Source: Bacteroidota bacterium
GTDB taxonomy: Bacteria; Bacteroidota; Bacteroidia; Bacteroidales; FEN-979
DNA length: 52,937 nt
Reading direction: 5' to 3'
Assembly (NCBI GenBank): GCA_037141915.1
Contig: JBAXBP010000003.1
Location: 1-52,937 of the forward strand
Of the stretch, positions 16,254 to 25,678 are shown piece after piece. A model generated the notes under the pieces. The model was not told the DNA's origin. It did not search any database and worked only from the letters and a program-made list of their open reading frames with translations. Made by a program: the position numbers and the translations under genes. The first letter of the stretch is position 1, and each line of letters starts with the position of its first letter.

Positions 16254-17005
16254 ATGGTTTCCTCCTCTTTAAAAACCGGCATGGTTAAAAGCTCTGCCGC
16301 TGCATTCCTGGGTTTTTCCACTATGAGATCCTTCTGGATCCGTCCATCCCTGAACGATATATTCCTGTTGGTATAGGCTGCAATATCCGGTTCATGGGTG
16401 ACAATGATAACGGTAATCCCTTTTGTATTCAACTGCTGGAAAATACTCATCACCTCCACGCTGGTGCGGGTGTCGAGGTTCCCTGTCGGTTCATCGGCCA
16501 GGATCACAACAGGGTCGTTAACCAGGGCCCTGGCAATGGCTACCCTCTGCTGTTCACCTCCCGAAAGCTGGCTGGGAAAATGATGCGCACGGCTTGCCAG
16601 TCCTACTGATTCGAGCGCCCTTATCGAACGTTCTTTCATGTCCTTTGAACTGATCTTGCTGTTGTACATCAGGGGTAGCTCCACGTTCTCCAATGCTGAA
16701 GTACGGGAAAGCAGGTTGAACGACTGAAACACAAAGCCAATCTTTTTATTTCTCAGGTTGGCTAACTGGTCCTTGTTCATCTTTCCCACATCCACTCCGT
16801 CGAGCAGGTATTCCCCTTTGGTAGGTATATCAAGGCATCCGACAATATTCATGAAGGTTGATTTGCCTGATCCGCTTTTCCCCATGATGGCAACGAAGTC
16901 GCTCTTATGGACGTCCATGCTGATCCCTCTCAAAGCATGCACCTCAAGGTCTCCCATTTTGTAGACCTTCACAAGATGCTTTACCGAGATAATTGTTTCC
17001 TTCAT
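16250..17005 (-). CDS. ABC transporter ATP-binding protein (MacB/LolD type)
   Basis: Walker [10 protein letters not shown], signature [15 protein letters not shown], Walker [12 protein letters not shown]. Start moved to ATG 17005 (MKETIISV), just after the macA stop. Confidence 0.95.
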   Translation of the reverse strand: MKETIISVKHLVKVYKMGDLEVHALRGISMDVHKSDFVAIMGKSGSGKSTFMNIVGCLDIPTKGEYLLDGVDVGKMNKDQLANLRNKKIGFVFQSFNLLSRTSALENVELPLMYNSKISSKDMKERSIRALESVGLASRAHHFPSQLSGGEQQRVAIARALVNDPVVILADEPTGNLDTRTSVEVMSIFQQLNTKGITVIIVTHEPDIAAYTNRNISFRDGRIQKDLIVEKPRNAAAELLTMPVFKEEETI

Positions 17006-17006
17006 G

Positions 17007-18482
17007 TTAACGGCCTCCTCTTCCACCTGCTCCACTTGCCCCACCGCCCTGGGGACGGCCCATCTGCGGTGCAAACGGACTTTGCTGCTGGGTAGTCGTC
17101 TGTGATGGATTTGTGTTCACAATACTGGTGATCACTTCATCACCTTCCTTAACTGAGCCATCAATTTCGGTATAGCTGTTATCGGAGATTCCCGTTTTTA
17201 CCCTGTGGGGATAGATGAGGTTCCCTTGTTTTACCCAGATCATTCCCATTTTCTGACGGTTAAAGCCTCCCCATCCCTGTCGGCCCTGTCCCGCTCCCGG
17301 CTGAATGCCGGCTGCAGATTGCTGACCACCGGATGCTGACTGACCGCCCTGGCGGTTAAACCCGCCCTGGCCGGCCGGCTGCTGGCCACCGGCTTCTGAC
17401 TGCCGGCCGCCAGCTGTCTGGCCGCCGCTTCCCGCCTGCATCCCGGAACCCTGCTGGCCGCCGCTGCCACTCTGGCCTGACTGCCTGCGGGCCATAAATT
17501 TCAGCGCCCGCTCTATCATCTTCTGGGTGGAATCAGGATATTCCTTAAGGTGTTTGTCAAAGTATTCCTGGGGTGGCCAGAATCTCAAGGCCGCCGAAGG
17601 GGTTTTGAATACATTAAGCGCTTCCTGTGTCTTAATCGTCAGATTGGCTGTCATCCCCGGCATCAGTTTCTTGTCAGGATTGGGCACATCAATAACCACC
17701 GTATAATTAACAACATTCTGCACCGTTGTTGGCTGAAGCCTTATCTGCCTTACAACACCTCCGAAAGACTGGTCCATATAAGCATCAACCTTGAAGGTAA
17801 CGTCCTGTCCAACCTTGATCTTGCCAATGTCAGCCTCATCAATACTTGCCTGGAGCTGCATCTTGGTCAGGTCATTGGCAATAGAAAACAGGGTCGGGGT
17901 GCTGAAACTGGATGCCACTGTCTGACCTATATCCACATTCCTTGAAATGACAACTCCTGATACCGGGGCTACGATAGTAGCATAACGCAGGTTTATAAGC
18001 GCCCTGTCAAGAGCCGATTTAGCCGACCTTTCGTTGGCCTGGGCAGTCTCATAATCGGTCTGGCTCTGGTCAAAATCAGACTGGGCAATGACTTTTTCCT
18101 CAATCAGGGTCTTGTTGCGCTCGAAATTTCTTTTAGTCAGCCTCGTCTGGACCTGGTTCCTCATAAGGCTGGACCTTGCATCTTCAACAGACGCAGCCAG
18201 GAAAGTGGTGTCAAGCACAGCAATGATCTGTCCTTTGCGGACCACCGAGTTGAAATCCACATTGATCTTCGTGATGATCCCCGAAACCTGTGTCCCAACT
18301 GCAACAGTAGTATCGGCGCTTAAAATACCGGTTGCTGTTACAAGCACCTGCAAGTCACCCCTCTCGATCTTCCCGGAACGGAATTCTATGATCTTTTCCG
18401 ATTTCTTTCCGAATATGAAATACGCCCCTACAGCCAGGGCAATAATTACAATAACGAGGATGATCCAATAAGTCTTTTTCAT
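17007..18482 (-). CDS. macA: MacA/HlyD-family periplasmic adaptor with a long Gly/Gln-rich insert
   Basis: N-terminal TM, VGTQVSG, APVSGVVISRNVDIGQTVASSFSTPTLF, DEADIG, LMPGMTA. Confidence 0.93.
   Translation of the reverse strand: MKKTYWIILVIVIIALAVGAYFIFGKKSEKIIEFRSGKIERGDLQVLVTATGILSADTTVAVGTQVSGIITKINVDFNSVVRKGQIIAVLDTTFLAASVEDARSSLMRNQVQTRLTKRNFERNKTLIEEKVIAQSDFDQSQTDYETAQANERSAKSALDRALINLRYATIVAPVSGVVISRNVDIGQTVASSFSTPTLFSIANDLTKMQLQASIDEADIGKIKVGQDVTFKVDAYMDQSFGGVVRQIRLQPTTVQNVVNYTVVIDVPNPDKKLMPGMTANLTIKTQEALNVFKTPSAALRFWPPQEYFDKHLKEYPDSTQKMIERALKFMARRQSGQSGSGGQQGSGMQAGSGGQTAGGRQSEAGGQQPAGQGGFNRQGGQSASGGQQSAAGIQPGAGQGRQGWGGFNRQKMGMIWVKQGNLIYPHRVKTGISDNSYTEIDGSVKEGDEVITSIVNTNPSQTTTQQQSPFAPQMGRPQGGGASGAGGRGGR
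17305..17420. repeat. Two blocks of degenerate heptamers (CTGCYGR consensus on +) encoding the MacA G/Q-rich insert
   Basis: 17305-17346: ATGCCGG-CTGCAGA-TTGCTGA-CCACCGG-ATGCTGA-CTGACCG. 17372-17420: CGGCCGG-CTGCTGG-CCACCGG-CTTCTGA-CTGCCGG-CCGCCAG-CTGTCTG. Confidence 0.65.
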
Positions 18483-18503
18483 TGTATCTGAAAAGTTAAA
18501 TGT

Positions 18504-19844
18504 TTAAAATGTAATATTCTTTCCCTGGTAAAAATCAAGGATCTTCGACTGGAAAATAAAATTGTATTTCGCCTGGATTAAATTCGACTGGGATGAAACA
18601 TAGTTGTTCTTCTGAATTAAAAAATCCGTTGCGCTCATAACCCCAACGGTATATTTCCTTTCAGCATTTTTATAAGTCATTTCTGTAGAGTTTAACTGGA
18701 TCTTCACCGCTTCAAATGATTTTGCAGCAGCTTTAAAGCTGGTAAAGGTCTGTTCAATGTTCATCCTCAGGGTCTGCTGGGTGTTGAGTTCATTGAGTTC
18801 AGCAGTTTTTGAATTGACTTTGGCCCTCTCAATGCTGCTCTGAATAGACCTGTTGCTGTAAATAGGGATGCTCAGGCCAAGGCTCGTCGATTGTCCCACG
18901 TTATTCCATACCTGGGTATACCAGGGATACCCATCTGCATTCACATCAGGGTTCCTGCTGCTGGAAGCATAGTTTGAATTAAGCCCTGCCGAAAAAGTAA
19001 GCCTTGGCCACCTGGCGCCTGTAGCAACCTTTATAGCCATCATGGAACTGGAAGTCCTGATCGCTGCAGACTGGATCTGTGGCATGGCGGCAAGCGCTTT
19101 CTGGTAGATCACATCTTTGCTTTGCAGCAGGTCAAGCCCGGGTTCAACAAGCTTCGGAACTTCGACATCAAAATTATCTATAACCGGTATCTGCATCAGC
19201 TGCATCAGCGTAACCCTGGCTATGTCAAGCTGGTTCTGTGCATTGATATATTGGAGGTAATCTGTTGCAAGCTGCGACTGGATCTGAAGCAGGTCACCTT
19301 CAGCAGCTTTCCCCACTTCGAGTTGTTTCCGGGTTCGGTTTACCTGCACGGAATCAGCTGAAAGCTGGTTGAAAGCAGTCCTCAGGATCTCATATTGCTG
19401 AAGTATCTGGAGATACCCTGTGGTGACACTGAGTATCACTGCATTCTTTGCCGTTTCAACATCGTATTTCCCGGCATCAATATTCAGCTTGTATTGCCTG
19501 ATGGTGTTGTTGTTCTGAAGCCCGTTAAACAGATTGTAACTGAGGCTCAATCCGTAATTTCCCGAATGAAACGATCCGATAACGAACTGGTTGGTTGAAG
19601 AATTAATGTTCTTCCCGAAGTTAAAGGATTCACCCACGTTGGCGTTCACACTGGGAATGCGGTTGGCCCTGGACTGTTCCAGGCTGATCTTGTTAAGTTC
19701 GTTTGAAAGCATGCTCTGGTTTACCGAAATGTTCCTTCTCAGGGCGGTATCGAGGCATTGCTGGAACGTCCAGGGCTTGCTCTGTGCCCATCCACCGAAG
19801 GTGAAGTAAATCAGAAAATTCAGTAACAGAATATTACGCTTCAT
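18504..19844 (-). CDS. tolC: TolC-family outer-membrane efflux protein
   Basis: Signal peptide, WTFQQCLDTALRRN, two OEP-like halves, and C-terminal QAKYNFIFQSKILDFYQG. Lies upstream of macA. Confidence 0.92.
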   Translation of the reverse strand: MKRNILLLNFLIYFTFGGWAQSKPWTFQQCLDTALRRNISVNQSMLSNELNKISLEQSRANRIPSVNANVGESFNFGKNINSSTNQFVIGSFHSGNYGLSLSYNLFNGLQNNNTIRQYKLNIDAGKYDVETAKNAVILSVTTGYLQILQQYEILRTAFNQLSADSVQVNRTRKQLEVGKAAEGDLLQIQSQLATDYLQYINAQNQLDIARVTLMQLMQIPVIDNFDVEVPKLVEPGLDLLQSKDVIYQKALAAMPQIQSAAIRTSSSMMAIKVATGARWPRLTFSAGLNSNYASSSRNPDVNADGYPWYTQVWNNVGQSTSLGLSIPIYSNRSIQSSIERAKVNSKTAELNELNTQQTLRMNIEQTFTSFKAAAKSFEAVKIQLNSTEMTYKNAERKYTVGVMSATDFLIQKNNYVSSQSNLIQAKYNFIFQSKILDFYQGKNITF

Positions 19845-19861
19845 ATTTTAGTTTTTTTCTC

Positions 19862-20584
19862 TTATTCCATGATCTTGTTCTTCTGAACAAGGGAAAGAAA
19901 GTTGTCTTTATAATGGTCACTGAGCGGAATTTCTTTCCCTTTTACAGAGATGAAACTCTTGTGAATGAAATCTATCTTGTCGAATGCAACGATAAAGGAA
20001 CGGTGAACCCGTATAAAATCATGATCGGGCAGCTTTTCTTCTATCGCTTTCATGCTCATCTGCGTGAGAAGGGGTTTCTCCCCGCAATAAATCTTTACAT
20101 AATCCTTCAGTCCTTCGATATAAAGGATATCCTTAAGATCTATCTTGACCAGCTTGTAATCGGCCCTCACAAAAAGATAATGGGAGCCGAACGAGGAATC
20201 CTTCCTGCCTTCTTTTGCCCTCCCCTGTAATTCGAGAAATTCATGAGCTTTGTTGACAGCCTTCAGGAAACGCTCAAATGAATATGGCTTTAACAGGTAA
20301 TCTATTACATCAAGCTCAAACCCTTCGAGGGCATATTTCGAGAATGCAGTGGTGAAAATAACCATGGGTTTCTGCTTCAGGCTTTTCAGGAATTGTATTC
20401 CGTTTATATCAGGCATCTGGATGTCGAGGAACAGCAGGTCAACCGTCTGATCATTCATCAAATTAAGGGCATCAAAGGCATTGGTGAATTTGCCGGCAAG
20501 CTCAAGAAACGGGATCTTGCTTACATTGTCCTCTATAAGTTCAAGCGCAAGCGCTTCATCATCAATTGCAATACACCGTATCAT
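19862..20584 (-). CDS. LytTR-family response regulator
   Basis: CIAIDDE, FLDIQMP, DYLLKP, ILYIEGLKDYVKI, FIRVHRSFIV. Confidence 0.95.
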   Translation of the reverse strand: MIRCIAIDDEALALELIEDNVSKIPFLELAGKFTNAFDALNLMNDQTVDLLFLDIQMPDINGIQFLKSLKQKPMVIFTTAFSKYALEGFELDVIDYLLKPYSFERFLKAVNKAHEFLELQGRAKEGRKDSSFGSHYLFVRADYKLVKIDLKDILYIEGLKDYVKIYCGEKPLLTQMSMKAIEEKLPDHDFIRVHRSFIVAFDKIDFIHKSFISVKGKEIPLSDHYKDNFLSLVQKNKIME

Positions 20585-21612
20585 CAGGATTTTATTTTTA
20601 GCTTGACAGAGTAGAGATTGTCCAGGTCTTGTATTTCGAGCTGATGCTTCCCGGGGTACAGCAGCTCAAGCCTGCGGCTTACATTTTTTAGCCCTATGCC
20701 AGGTTCTTCAAGCTTTAAGGTGTCTTTTCCCGAAGGTTTCGAATTCTCAACACTGAACGACAAATCCCCTGAACCTGTTTTCAATTCGATGCTGATCCTG
20801 GACTTTTCGTTATAACTGATCCCGTGTTTGAATGCATTCTCAACAAACGGGATGAGAAGCAAAGGTTCCAGGTGAATAACCGAAAGATCCCCTTCAATTT
20901 TAAAACTTATATCAACCCTGTCGGCCAGCCTGATCTTCTGAAGTTCTATAAAATTATTAAGGTAATCCATTTCTTCTTCAAGGCTCACTTTGTCCTGCCT
21001 CGAATCGGTTATCATATATCGCATCATCTGGGAGAGCTTTATGATGGCCGGCTCGGTGTCATCCGATTTTTTCCTGGCAAGCGAGCAGATGTTATTCAGG
21101 GTGTTAAATAGAAAATGCGGATTGACCTGTGATTTAAGGAATGCAAGTTCTGAAAGCAGTTTTTCGGCCTGCAGCTCCCTGCGCTCCTTTTCATTTCTCG
21201 CCCATTCCCTGGCAAGCCTGATACTGATGCCTATTGCAAGTCCTGTAAGCAGCGGGAACAATGGCACCCACATACCCCGGCCAATAAACATGCCGGGGCG
21301 GTGGTGCCAGTTCTGGGCTACGGATACATAAAAATAAAAATACAGGTTAACAAGAATGCATGAAATTACAAGTGTTCCAAGTACGACAAGCATGTAGGCC
21401 AGGAATTTTTGAGTAAACAGGTATCTTGGTATCAGGTAAAGGAAGTTGAAGTAGTAAAGGATGACTGTCAGCACTGAGGTCATTGCGATCCTTTGCAGAT
21501 ACGGGGTTATCCCATCCCTGGGTTCCAGTAAGAGGAACGGAATGAAGAATAGAAAAACCCAGATCACGCAATTGATCAGAACAGTAACCCAGAAAGGACG
21601 ATCCGTGTTCAT
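20584..21612 (-). CDS. LytS/YehU-type membrane sensor histidine kinase
   Basis: About 4 TM helices, LKSQVNPHFLFNTLNNI, PFVENAFKHG, GIGLKNVSRRLELLYP. Confidence 0.95.
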   Translation of the reverse strand: MNTDRPFWVTVLINCVIWVFLFFIPFLLLEPRDGITPYLQRIAMTSVLTVILYYFNFLYLIPRYLFTQKFLAYMLVVLGTLVISCILVNLYFYFYVSVAQNWHHRPGMFIGRGMWVPLFPLLTGLAIGISIRLAREWARNEKERRELQAEKLLSELAFLKSQVNPHFLFNTLNNICSLARKKSDDTEPAIIKLSQMMRYMITDSRQDKVSLEEEMDYLNNFIELQKIRLADRVDISFKIEGDLSVIHLEPLLLIPFVENAFKHGISYNEKSRISIELKTGSGDLSFSVENSKPSGKDTLKLEEPGIGLKNVSRRLELLYPGKHQLEIQDLDNLYSVKLKIKS

Positions 21613-21670
21613 AACGATACTTGTTTCATCGCTGCGAAATTATACAATATGCAGGGAGGTATTTTGAATA

Positions 21671-21720
21671 ATAGACGGAACAGCTTAATTAATCGATATT
21701 TATAGTTTATTTGCCGATAA
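21671..21720. promoter_or_regulatory. Candidate LytTR binding repeats (21-nt period) upstream of the lytS-lytTR-tolC-macAB operon
   Basis: ATAGACGG (21671), ATCGATAT (21692), GCCGATAA (21713). A near-consensus -7 element TAATTTCG lies on the minus strand at 21635-21642. Confidence 0.45.
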
Positions 21721-21746
21721 GGCATACATTCTGTACAAGCGGATAT

Positions 21747-21762
21747 TATTTTTGTATTTTTG
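21747..21762 (+). promoter_or_regulatory. Tandem TATTTTTG -7 elements immediately upstream of rpoN
   Basis: TATTTTTG at 21747-21754 and 21755-21762, with ATG at 21767. Confidence 0.6.
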
Positions 21763-21766
21763 TCTT

Positions 21767-23266
21767 ATGCTTCATCAACGACAACAACAAAAACTACTCC
21801 AGAAACTCTCGCCTCAACAGGTACTTGTGATGCGGCTGTTGCAACAACCCGTGATATCGCTTGAACAAAGGATCAAACAGGAAATCGAAGAGAATCCTGC
21901 CCTTGAAGAAACTACCGATATAAACGATTTAGACGAAATTGACGACGAAAATGAGCCGGAGTCTATCGACGCCGATGAGGACACATTCTCTGAAGAGGAT
22001 GAAGACCACTCAGAACTGAAGGTCGACAATGAATTTTCTTTTGAAGATTACTTTGACCTGGATGATATTCCCGATTACAAATTAGTCTCGAACAACCGCA
22101 GCCCCGATGAAGAAGCCTGGGAGACACCGGTGGTTTCTGGTACCAGCTTCCAGGAATACCTGCTAGCCCAGATGGGAGTCCAGAAGATACCCGACAAGCA
22201 ATTTATCATCGCTTCCACAATCATCGGGAACCTTGATGAAACCGGGTATCTTACCCGCGAGGTTCCGGCCCTTATCAATGACCTGGCATTCAACCAGAAT
22301 TTAGACGCCAGTGAAGCTGAAATATTGGAGGCCCTTCAGCTTGTGCAGGGGTTTGACCCTCCCGGCATTGCTGCAAGAACTCTTCAGGAATGCCTTCTCC
22401 TGCAATTGATCAGCAAGCCCGACAGGACCTATGCCACCGACCTTGCCGAAGTGATAGTACGTTACTATTTTGAAGAATTCTCAAAGAAGCATTATGAGAA
22501 GATCCTTCAGAAAGCACATATTACCGAGGAGGAGCTGAAGGAAGCAGTTGAAGAGATTACCAAGCTGAACCCGAAACCGGGCTTTACCATCAGCGAGGAG
22601 GTCAGAAGCAGCCAGTATATAATCCCTGATTTCCTTATTACTATCAATGACGGCGAAATTGAACTTACCCTGAATTCAAGGAATGCTCCAGAGCTTTCAA
22701 TAAACAGGGAGTATATCGACATGCTCCAGGGGTATAATCATAAGAAAAAGAAGATCAACAGCAACGAGAAAGCTGCCCTCTCTTTCATAAAGCAGAAGAT
22801 CGACTCGGCAAGGGGTTTCATCGATGCTATCAAGCAGCGGCAGGAAACGCTGTATGTAACTATGAGAGCGATCATGGACTACCAGAAGGAGTATTTCCAG
22901 ACCGGGGATGAGACAAGGCTTAAACCAATGATACTTAAAGACATTTCAAATAAGGTAGGCCTTGACATCAGCACCGTATCAAGGGTTGCAAATTCAAAAT
23001 ATGTCCAAACTCCCTTCGGCACATTCCTGCTTAAAAGTTTCTTTTCCGAATCCCTTCAGAATACAATGGGTGAAGAGATCTCAACAAGGGAAATTAAGAA
23101 AATACTTTCCGACACCATTGAAGCAGAAAATAAATCAACTCCACTTACCGATGAGGAACTGGAGGAAATCCTACTGAAAAAAGGTTACAACATTGCAAGG
23201 CGCACTATAGCCAAATACCGCAAACAGCTAAGAATACCTGTTGCCAGGCTGAGGAAGGAACTCTGA
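21767..23266 (+). CDS. rpoN: RNA polymerase sigma-54 factor
   Basis: Gln-rich N-terminus (QKLSPQQ...EIEENPALE), PMILKDI...DISTVSRVANSKY, and the RpoN box ARRTIAKYR. Confidence 0.97.
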   Translation: MLHQRQQQKLLQKLSPQQVLVMRLLQQPVISLEQRIKQEIEENPALEETTDINDLDEIDDENEPESIDADEDTFSEEDEDHSELKVDNEFSFEDYFDLDDIPDYKLVSNNRSPDEEAWETPVVSGTSFQEYLLAQMGVQKIPDKQFIIASTIIGNLDETGYLTREVPALINDLAFNQNLDASEAEILEALQLVQGFDPPGIAARTLQECLLLQLISKPDRTYATDLAEVIVRYYFEEFSKKHYEKILQKAHITEEELKEAVEEITKLNPKPGFTISEEVRSSQYIIPDFLITINDGEIELTLNSRNAPELSINREYIDMLQGYNHKKKKINSNEKAALSFIKQKIDSARGFIDAIKQRQETLYVTMRAIMDYQKEYFQTGDETRLKPMILKDISNKVGLDISTVSRVANSKYVQTPFGTFLLKSFFSESLQNTMGEEISTREIKKILSDTIEAENKSTPLTDEELEEILLKKGYNIARRTIAKYRKQLRIPVARLRKEL

Positions 23267-23276
23267 TAGTTATACC

Positions 23277-23891
23277 ATGAATAACCACATCTCCGTGGCA
23301 AGGATCGTCTCCGGCCTTTTTCATCCTGTACTGATGCCTTTCTTCACGCTGATCCTCATGCTTCAGTCTCATGCTTTTTTTTCGGGCATCCTGCCCCTGA
23401 GGGAGATCCTGGTTTTAATGGCCTCTGTGCTGCTCACCACAGTATTTTGCCCTTTCCTGACAATATACATCCTTTACAGGACAAAATTGGTGACTTCTTT
23501 ATTTATGGAAAAACGAGAGGAGAGGGTATTGCCTCTTCTGGCAACAGCGGTGTTTTATTACCTGACCTATTACCTTTTAAAAGGCATCAGTCTTTCGGTG
23601 CTGTTCAGTTATTTCATGCTGGGTTCAACCCTGCTGATCATCATCTGCATGTTGATTAATTTCTTTTTCAAGATCAGCCTGCATATGGCAGGAATAGGGG
23701 GCGTAACGGGGTTCTGGCTTGGACTGAACATACGCCAGGGAACTTCTCATGAGCTGTTCCTTTCTTTTCTTTTCCTTCTCTGCGGATTGCTTGGCTATGC
23801 AAGGCTGGAAGAGGGACAACATACCCCCAAAGAAGTTTATACCGGCCTGTTTCTGGGAGCCGGTATACTGTTTAGCCTGATGATGCTTTGA
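23277..23891 (+). CDS. PAP2-like integral membrane protein
   Basis: About 6 TM helices, KISLHMAGIGG and ARLEEGQHTPKEVYTG. Follows rpoN directly. Confidence 0.8.
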   Translation: MNNHISVARIVSGLFHPVLMPFFTLILMLQSHAFFSGILPLREILVLMASVLLTTVFCPFLTIYILYRTKLVTSLFMEKREERVLPLLATAVFYYLTYYLLKGISLSVLFSYFMLGSTLLIIICMLINFFFKISLHMAGIGGVTGFWLGLNIRQGTSHELFLSFLFLLCGLLGYARLEEGQHTPKEVYTGLFLGAGILFSLMML

Positions 23892-24599
23892 TCAGAAAGG
23901 ACGGATGAAGAACCCGACCGTGATAGGGTAGATATTCGGGCCTTTCCCTTTTACGAAAATGGATGAGAGCTGGTAATACCCAAAAACATGGAACCACTTA
24001 TAACCTATCCTGAGTGTCGGTCCGTATTCAAACTTGTCAAGATTCAGAACATTGCGGTATTTGATCCTTAACTCGGTATTCCCGGGCTGGAGATCGGCCT
24101 GGTATTCAGCCCCAACATATTTCGTATGGGCCGGTAACATATACCCGACTTTAAAACCCAGGCCAAGCGCAAACTTTGCTTTATTGACATAAGCGAATTC
24201 AATGGGAAGCTCGATGTATGGCATGACCAGTTTTGACCTCTTGTAGCTAACAGTATCAGGGATTTTCATGAGATGAGCGGAATCGGCATAGCTCTTTACT
24301 ATGAAATCCCCGAACATGTTGTGTATCGATACCTGGATCCCGACACCGAAACCAAAATTACTTGTACCGAAAGGTACTTTGTAAGCGACAAGCGCTGTGA
24401 AACCCTGGTTTATAGTCCTGGTTTTCATCCCGGACGGTACATTCATGTAAATGTCGGTAAACATTCCGATTCCCACATGGATCTTTTTCTTCGTTTTCTC
24501 ATTAAGGATTTGTGATTTGGCAGTCATTGGGGTCACCAGGACTGAGGCAGTCACAATAATGAGTGCCAGGAAGGTATTTCGGTGCAACTTCATATTCAT
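23892..24599 (-). CDS. Outer-membrane beta-barrel protein (PorT/OMP_b-brl_2-like)
   Basis: Signal peptide, YIELPIEF, alternating beta strands and terminal Phe. TAATTTTG at 24612-24619 places the start at ATG 24599 or 24593. Confidence 0.8.
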   Translation of the reverse strand: MNMKLHRNTFLALIIVTASVLVTPMTAKSQILNEKTKKKIHVGIGMFTDIYMNVPSGMKTRTINQGFTALVAYKVPFGTSNFGFGVGIQVSIHNMFGDFIVKSYADSAHLMKIPDTVSYKRSKLVMPYIELPIEFAYVNKAKFALGLGFKVGYMLPAHTKYVGAEYQADLQPGNTELRIKYRNVLNLDKFEYGPTLRIGYKWFHVFGYYQLSSIFVKGKGPNIYPITVGFFIRPF

Positions 24600-24643
24600 T
24601 GATTTATCCAGCAAAATTAACGCTTTTTTCCCTCATCCATTGT

Positions 24644-25552
24644 TCAGCCCCATAATTTTTGGGGATAAATACCCTTGCGGACCAGGGCCCTGATACTTTC
24701 CACAACAAAAGCCCTGTCTTCCTGGTAGGTCATTCCGAACCATTGTTCGTCGCAGGAAAGTACATTCACACCGGCTTCTCCGGCCTGGATCAGCCTGTTC
24801 ACCACCGAAGGGATATAAAATTCGGCCCTGGGATTTTCATAATTATTCTTGATGAACTCTTCAAACCCGGTTTTCAGGTACCCGAAAAACGAGGGAGTGA
24901 ATCCCCAGCAGTTCATCGAAACAGTGGAGTCAGGGGAAATAACAACAGGAGCTTCATTGGCTTCCCTGTAAACTATTCCCTGGGCAGTCCTTTCGATATT
25001 AGTCCTTTCAACCACATCCGTGAGCTCCTTGTTTTTATTGGCGCTGCATATTCCCCTGGAAACAGATCCGAAGTCCGACAAGGTCTTATCAATGCGGTAG
25101 CCGACCATACAATAATCATTTTTCCTTTCCGGCGTCCAGTCCTTATAATGGCCGGCAAGGGCCTGGTATGCTTTCCTTCCGTAAAAATCATCTGAATTGA
25201 TCACTGCAAATGGCTGGTCGATGCGGTTTTCGGCCATAAGCACGGCATGCCCGGTTCCCCAGGGTTTCTGCCTTTCGTCGGGAACCAGGATACCTTCGGG
25301 GACCATCCATATCTCCTGGAAAACATAATCGACCTCCACATGATCGCGAAGCCTGTTGATAAACATCTCCTTGAACCCGGCTTCAAGGCTTTCCTTGATG
25401 ATAAATACCACTTTGCCAAACCCTGAATTAATGGCATCATAAATTGAATAATCGAGAAGGGTTTCGCCGTTCGGGCCTATGCGGTCGAGCTGCTTGAGCC
25501 CTCCATAGCGGCTGCCGACACCGGCGGCAAGAATCAGTAAAGTTGGTTGCAT
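24644..25552 (-). CDS. Sugar-phosphate nucleotidyltransferase family protein
   Basis: LLILAAGVGSRYGGLKQ, KPWGTGHA, VINSDDFYG, EFYIP, WFGMTY. A -7 element TAATTTTG lies at 25571-25578 on the minus strand. Confidence 0.92.
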   Translation of the reverse strand: MQPTLLILAAGVGSRYGGLKQLDRIGPNGETLLDYSIYDAINSGFGKVVFIIKESLEAGFKEMFINRLRDHVEVDYVFQEIWMVPEGILVPDERQKPWGTGHAVLMAENRIDQPFAVINSDDFYGRKAYQALAGHYKDWTPERKNDYCMVGYRIDKTLSDFGSVSRGICSANKNKELTDVVERTNIERTAQGIVYREANEAPVVISPDSTVSMNCWGFTPSFFGYLKTGFEEFIKNNYENPRAEFYIPSVVNRLIQAGEAGVNVLSCDEQWFGMTYQEDRAFVVESIRALVRKGIYPQKLWG

Positions 25553-25631
25553 TGTTCAGTAAGTTTAATGCAAAATTAGTCTATATTTTATTGTAAGGAA
25601 CGGTTTGTGCGATATGCTTCGCTCCCAATAA

Positions 25632-25678
25632 TTTCGCCTTTCGCCTTTCGCTATTTCGCTACTTCGCTACTTCGCCAC
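25632..25678. repeat. Heptamer-to-octamer tandem repeat (TTTCGCC x2, then TTCGCYAY x4) overlapping the gluP stop codon
   Basis: TTTCGCC-TTTCGCC-T-TTCGCTAT-TTCGCTAC-TTCGCTAC-TTCGCCAC. It encodes WRSSEVAK* on the minus strand. Confidence 0.9.
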
